Shown here in pieces: positions 54,411 to 64,000 of a stretch of 64,000 nucleotides of DNA. The notes beneath the pieces are model-generated. The model was not told the DNA's origin, searched no databases, and saw only the letters and a program-made list of their open reading frames with translations. How positions within the stretch are numbered: the stretch's first letter is position 1; every line of letters begins with the position of its first letter. Origin of the DNA: Bugula neritina (Eukaryota > Animalia > Bryozoa); the NCBI GenBank assembly GCA_964035545.1, contig OZ037766.1, positions 10,406,722-10,470,721 on the forward strand, in the 5' to 3' direction. A program made the translations under genes and the position numbers.

Positions 54411-56000
54411 ACTGAATTAAGCTTAAAATTTTTAAATGGTCACTGAAAAGTGATTTGGTCTTCTAGAATTATACCAAACTGTAGGTTTTAAAGTTAAACA
54501 AAGTTTTCTTGGTAATTATAAGCATTATGATCAGGGCACCATTCACATTAACATTGGAATTGACTTTTGCTATAAAATTAAATATTGTAGTATTTTTGTG
54601 TGGGCTCGAAATAGATCAAGGAGAGAGCATAACCTTTACTTATAGAGAGACAAGAGAAGTTGTATAAATTAAGATAAATGTAGTCTTTATTGATTGTCTG
54701 TAGATGTGTAACTGACGAGCTCCGGTTGTAGACTGGCTAACAACCGTGAGCTCGCCTCCTTATATAGTAGCAAAAATACCCTTCTGAAACTTCGTCCGTT
54801 CCTCGGCCGAAGTTCGGAGTGTCGGAGCCAGACATAGCCGATGTTCGGGGCATTTAGCACTCCGAACATGCCGACTTTCGGCCAAGGATCGGCTCACATG
54901 TGAAAGTAATTAACATAACAAGAATATTAAAAAAGGGAAAGGCAATTCCAAAAACCAATTCTTGAAGATCATTACAATATGTGTATTAGTCTAGATGTTC
55001 AGCCTTTGGAACTCAGTTTTAAACTGGAATCAGTATGACTATGAATATGACTCACCCTGTGAGTGTGACTATTTTGATAACTAGTGTGTGATTAATCTAA
55101 TAAGTACAAAATAATTTTTGTATGCAATGTAAATATTTTATGTACCATGTCTTGTATTAATTAGCCTTGGGCTATAAGGACAAGGTCGTATAATTGTTTA
55201 CATCAAGATTTTTATTGCAAATTAATTGATGGAAACAAAGCTTTAATTTTTTTCAAAAGATTTAATTCAAAGTAGGCCTAATAATTGAAATTTTAGTGGA
55301 TGCCTTTTACTTTTAGTATCAACGACAGCAATAATCATAATTATGATCACTTTTAGTTTTTTAATTATAATTCTTTGAATAAATTCAACAAAATTGCTGA
55401 ACATAAATAAAAGTGACTGTTTTTCATATTTGTTTGAAAGTTTATTCAAGTATATTTTATTCAAGTAAAATATGATTAAATTGTGAAACTTGTGCATTTT
55501 TCCGTGAAATAGCAATTTAGTTAAAGATATAAGTGTTTTATGAAATTAAATGAATTTAATAAACTGGTTCCGGCATGTTTTCAATTATGCTAAGAAGAAT
55601 GTTCAGCATATACTAGCAGCTTGGGAGGTATTTAGTATTAGTATTAAATTCAAACTGAAGTTTGTGTAAAGGAAAACAATTTAATTCCATGCTGAATCAG
55701 TTGAAACTGGCTTTTGTGAAAAGTTTTATAAAACACAAACCTGATGTAGTTGTTTAATACAACTTGAAAATTGTCATGCTTCAAATTCGCCAAATTCTCA
55801 ATGAAAACCAATGGTTTTATATGGTTGCTGTCAAAATGTAAATAAGTTCAGTTGGATTGAGACTTTTGTCATATAATTTGTTTCTGTCTTATAATGTGCC
55901 TTCATCTTGATCAGTGTTTAGTACCCACTAAGTTTGTAGTTCCGTGCTTTCCTATAGTGTGAATCTACACTCTTTATTTATGGGTTTACCTTTATTACAG

Positions 56001-57353
56001 ATGATGGTCATAACTTACGTTGCTTTTGCCATCCTATCTACTGTTTGTATGGTTATAACAGCATATACTTGGAGAGCTTACCAAGCTTCTGCTGCAACTG
56101 TTATCAACAATCCAAACTTTACAAAGTTTCAAAGACAATATTTCTCTGCATATTTCTTGGCACTAATTGCTGATTGGCTTCAAGGACCATATTTATATCA
56201 ACTGTATAGAGAATACGGCTTCGAACAAGCTCAAATAGCTGTGCTGTATGCTGTTGGGTTTGCATCAGCAGTAATATTAGGTACTTGGGCTCCACTTGTT
56301 GCCGATAAGTATGGACGAAGAAATCTCTGTATTGTATTTACAGTTATATACTCTATTGCTTGTTTTATGAAGTTGTCAAGAAGTTATGGCGTACTTTTAC
56401 TTGGCAAAATGTTTGGAGGAGTAGCCACTTCACTGCTCTTCTCATCCTACGAAGCTTGGTATATCCATGAGCACGTTGAGACTCATGATTTTCCAAAAGA
56501 ATGGATAGCAGAAACAATGAAAAAGATTTCACTATGGAATGGCTTCTTAGCAATAGTCAGTGGAATCATTGCAAATTCTCTAGCTGAATGGTTGGAGCTT
56601 GGTCCAATTGCACCTTTCATTATGGCTATCCCATGTTTGTTAGTATCCGGCATAGTGATAATGGGTACATGGGCAGAAAATTATGGGACTCAGCAAATGA
56701 AGTTCAAAACAATTTGTATTGCCGGGCTGAGAGAGATTGGAGATAGTCGAAAGATATTGCTTCTTGGTGCTATACAGTCAACATTTGAAAGTGTCCTATC
56801 ACTGATAGTGTTTTTGTGGACACCAGTGTTAGCTCCTGGCCACCCCTCATTGGGAATCGTATTCTCAAGTTTTATGGTGTGTATCACAATAGGGACATCA
56901 CTGCACGAGTTGCTATCAAAACACTACAACTACTCGGTTTCTATATTATCATCAGTTTCCCTGGCTTTTTTTGCCTGCTGTATTTGTGCTGTGTTTGCAC
57001 ACCCGGACCATGTTAACACTAGACTCTGTTTTCTAGCTTTTCTCTTATATCAAATATCTGTTGGCATATATTTTGCTTCAATAGGAGAAATGAGACAAAA
57101 GATTGTACCAGAAAGTCATGTGCAAAGTATAATGAATTGGTTTAGAGTACCACTTAATATCATATCTTGTGTAGTTCTTATGTTACTTCACGATGAAGAG
57201 TTCCGTCATGGTAATAGATTGATATTTATTATATGCTGCATATTGTTGCTTTGTACATTACTATGCCTGGCTCAATTACTGCCTTTGATTAATGAAAAAA
57301 GGGAAGAAAATTCAAATGAAGTGCTGCATGCAACTGGAAATGAATCTGCCTAA
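56001..57353 (+). CDS. MFSD5: Molybdate-anion transporter MFSD5 (MOT2 family), single coding exon, ~450 aa
   Basis: ATG follows a TTACAG acceptor directly. Motifs YFLALIADWLQGPYLYQLY, ADKYGRR, LLFSSYEAWYIHEHVETHDFPKEW, WAENYG, FLWTPVL and NWFRVPLN match MFSD5. Putative 5' UTR donor AAG|GTAAAC at 53450. Confidence 0.95.
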   Translation: MMVITYVAFAILSTVCMVITAYTWRAYQASAATVINNPNFTKFQRQYFSAYFLALIADWLQGPYLYQLYREYGFEQAQIAVLYAVGFASAVILGTWAPLVADKYGRRNLCIVFTVIYSIACFMKLSRSYGVLLLGKMFGGVATSLLFSSYEAWYIHEHVETHDFPKEWIAETMKKISLWNGFLAIVSGIIANSLAEWLELGPIAPFIMAIPCLLVSGIVIMGTWAENYGTQQMKFKTICIAGLREIGDSRKILLLGAIQSTFESVLSLIVFLWTPVLAPGHPSLGIVFSSFMVCITIGTSLHELLSKHYNYSVSILSSVSLAFFACCICAVFAHPDHVNTRLCFLAFLLYQISVGIYFASIGEMRQKIVPESHVQSIMNWFRVPLNIISCVVLMLLHDEEFRHGNRLIFIICCILLLCTLLCLAQLLPLINEKREENSNEVLHATGNESA

Positions 57354-57860
57354 ACATGTTATTTTTTGTTATAAATCGTTTTTGGCTCCTGCTTTATATT
57401 TATTTATATATTATAATTTCTAATACAAATTTCAATGGGTTTGTAAACCTTATTGGCTCATCTATTATTTAGCAGTAATTGAAAAGAATTATAGAATACC
57501 TTTTTTTATATAAAACAACATAATATTATGAGTATAGGAAAATGTTGCAAAAACACAATGATGCAATAGGTACAAAAAACATTGTAACTAATAATGACTA
57601 GAAAATTATAAAAAAAAGCTGCAAGAGGATATTGCAAAAAACAGTTGAAAAGGCTTCTAAAAGTTGAGATTCCTAAAATAAGCTGCAATGCAAAAGCATA
57701 ACCTACAATAATTAAACAAAAAACTAGTGATTGTCAGCACAACAATTGATATGAGTTAAAACAGCAAAAGCAAAAAACAATAATAAAGCACAGTATATAT
57801 TGTAAGTTGGTTTGAAAATTAAGTAGCTATCAGTCTGTACGGATTATAGAAATGGTCGGA

Positions 57861-63456
<5,596 letters not shown>

Positions 63457-64000
63457 TATTGAGTCATTAACTGCAGAATAGTAACAAGAAATTATCTGAG
63501 TTGTTATGAAATCATAGCAATAGCACAAATACAAAAAATTATTTATCATTTAATCAAGGGGTTGAATCCCAATTTTTAATTATTACTAAACAGTTATTCT
63601 TTTTGTCATTGACAGAGTACATCTGTAAATTAAGACAATTTAGAAGTAATATATGTGTAGCTTTGATCTATGATATGATGTGTATATAGGAGGGTGTGTA
63701 CAAGAGAAATTGGGTATAAGGGAAATGTATTGAGAGATTGTGTAGAATGTGAGTGCATTGAAAAAGGATGTTTTAAGGAAGATTATTGAGTGTGAAACCT
63801 AGAGGCAAAGACTATGCAGCATTGTTATACTGACACTTTAATATAGATATATACAAGCGTGAGCTTAAAATATACCTAGACACTATGAAATAATAAAAGA
63901 GCTGGAGTGAACATCGCAGACAACCAAGCAAGGGCCTGCTGATAAACCAATCCCCAGACTATACTAGAAGCTACAATTGGTGATATACTGTGATAGATTC

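Noticed and set aside
55944-56000. N-terminal extension of the MFSD5 ORF (MLSYSV...)
   Set aside because: GTG start within a pyrimidine-rich acceptor region; similarity to MFSD5 starts at ATG 56001.

Overview
AT-rich, intron-containing animal (probably invertebrate) genomic DNA. Seven spliced protein genes were reconstructed by hand with frame-consistent splice sites: (1) a selenophosphate synthetase with Cys at the Sec position and unusual active-site substitutions (+, 1131-6228); (2-5) four SLC18B1/VPAT-like MFS transporter paralogues in alternating orientation (A - 6772-12613, B + 18446-24819, C - 26861-35148, D + 45124-52104), of which B and C are an inverted duplicate pair; (6) MFSD5 (+, 56001-57353); (7) a dihydropyrimidinase-family gene that has lost five of six metal ligands and has a CRMP-type C-terminal tail (-, 57861-63456). 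Non-coding DNA holds four copies of a tRNA-Thr-derived SINE, several MITE/foldback elements, a probable solo LTR, long alternating purine-pyrimidine microsatellites and minisatellites. The least explained signal is a sequence-diverse tract with a TNA triplet every 6 bp, found at the 5' ends of the SPS and MFSD5 genes. All calls come from reading the sequence and from recalled family motifs; no searches were run.
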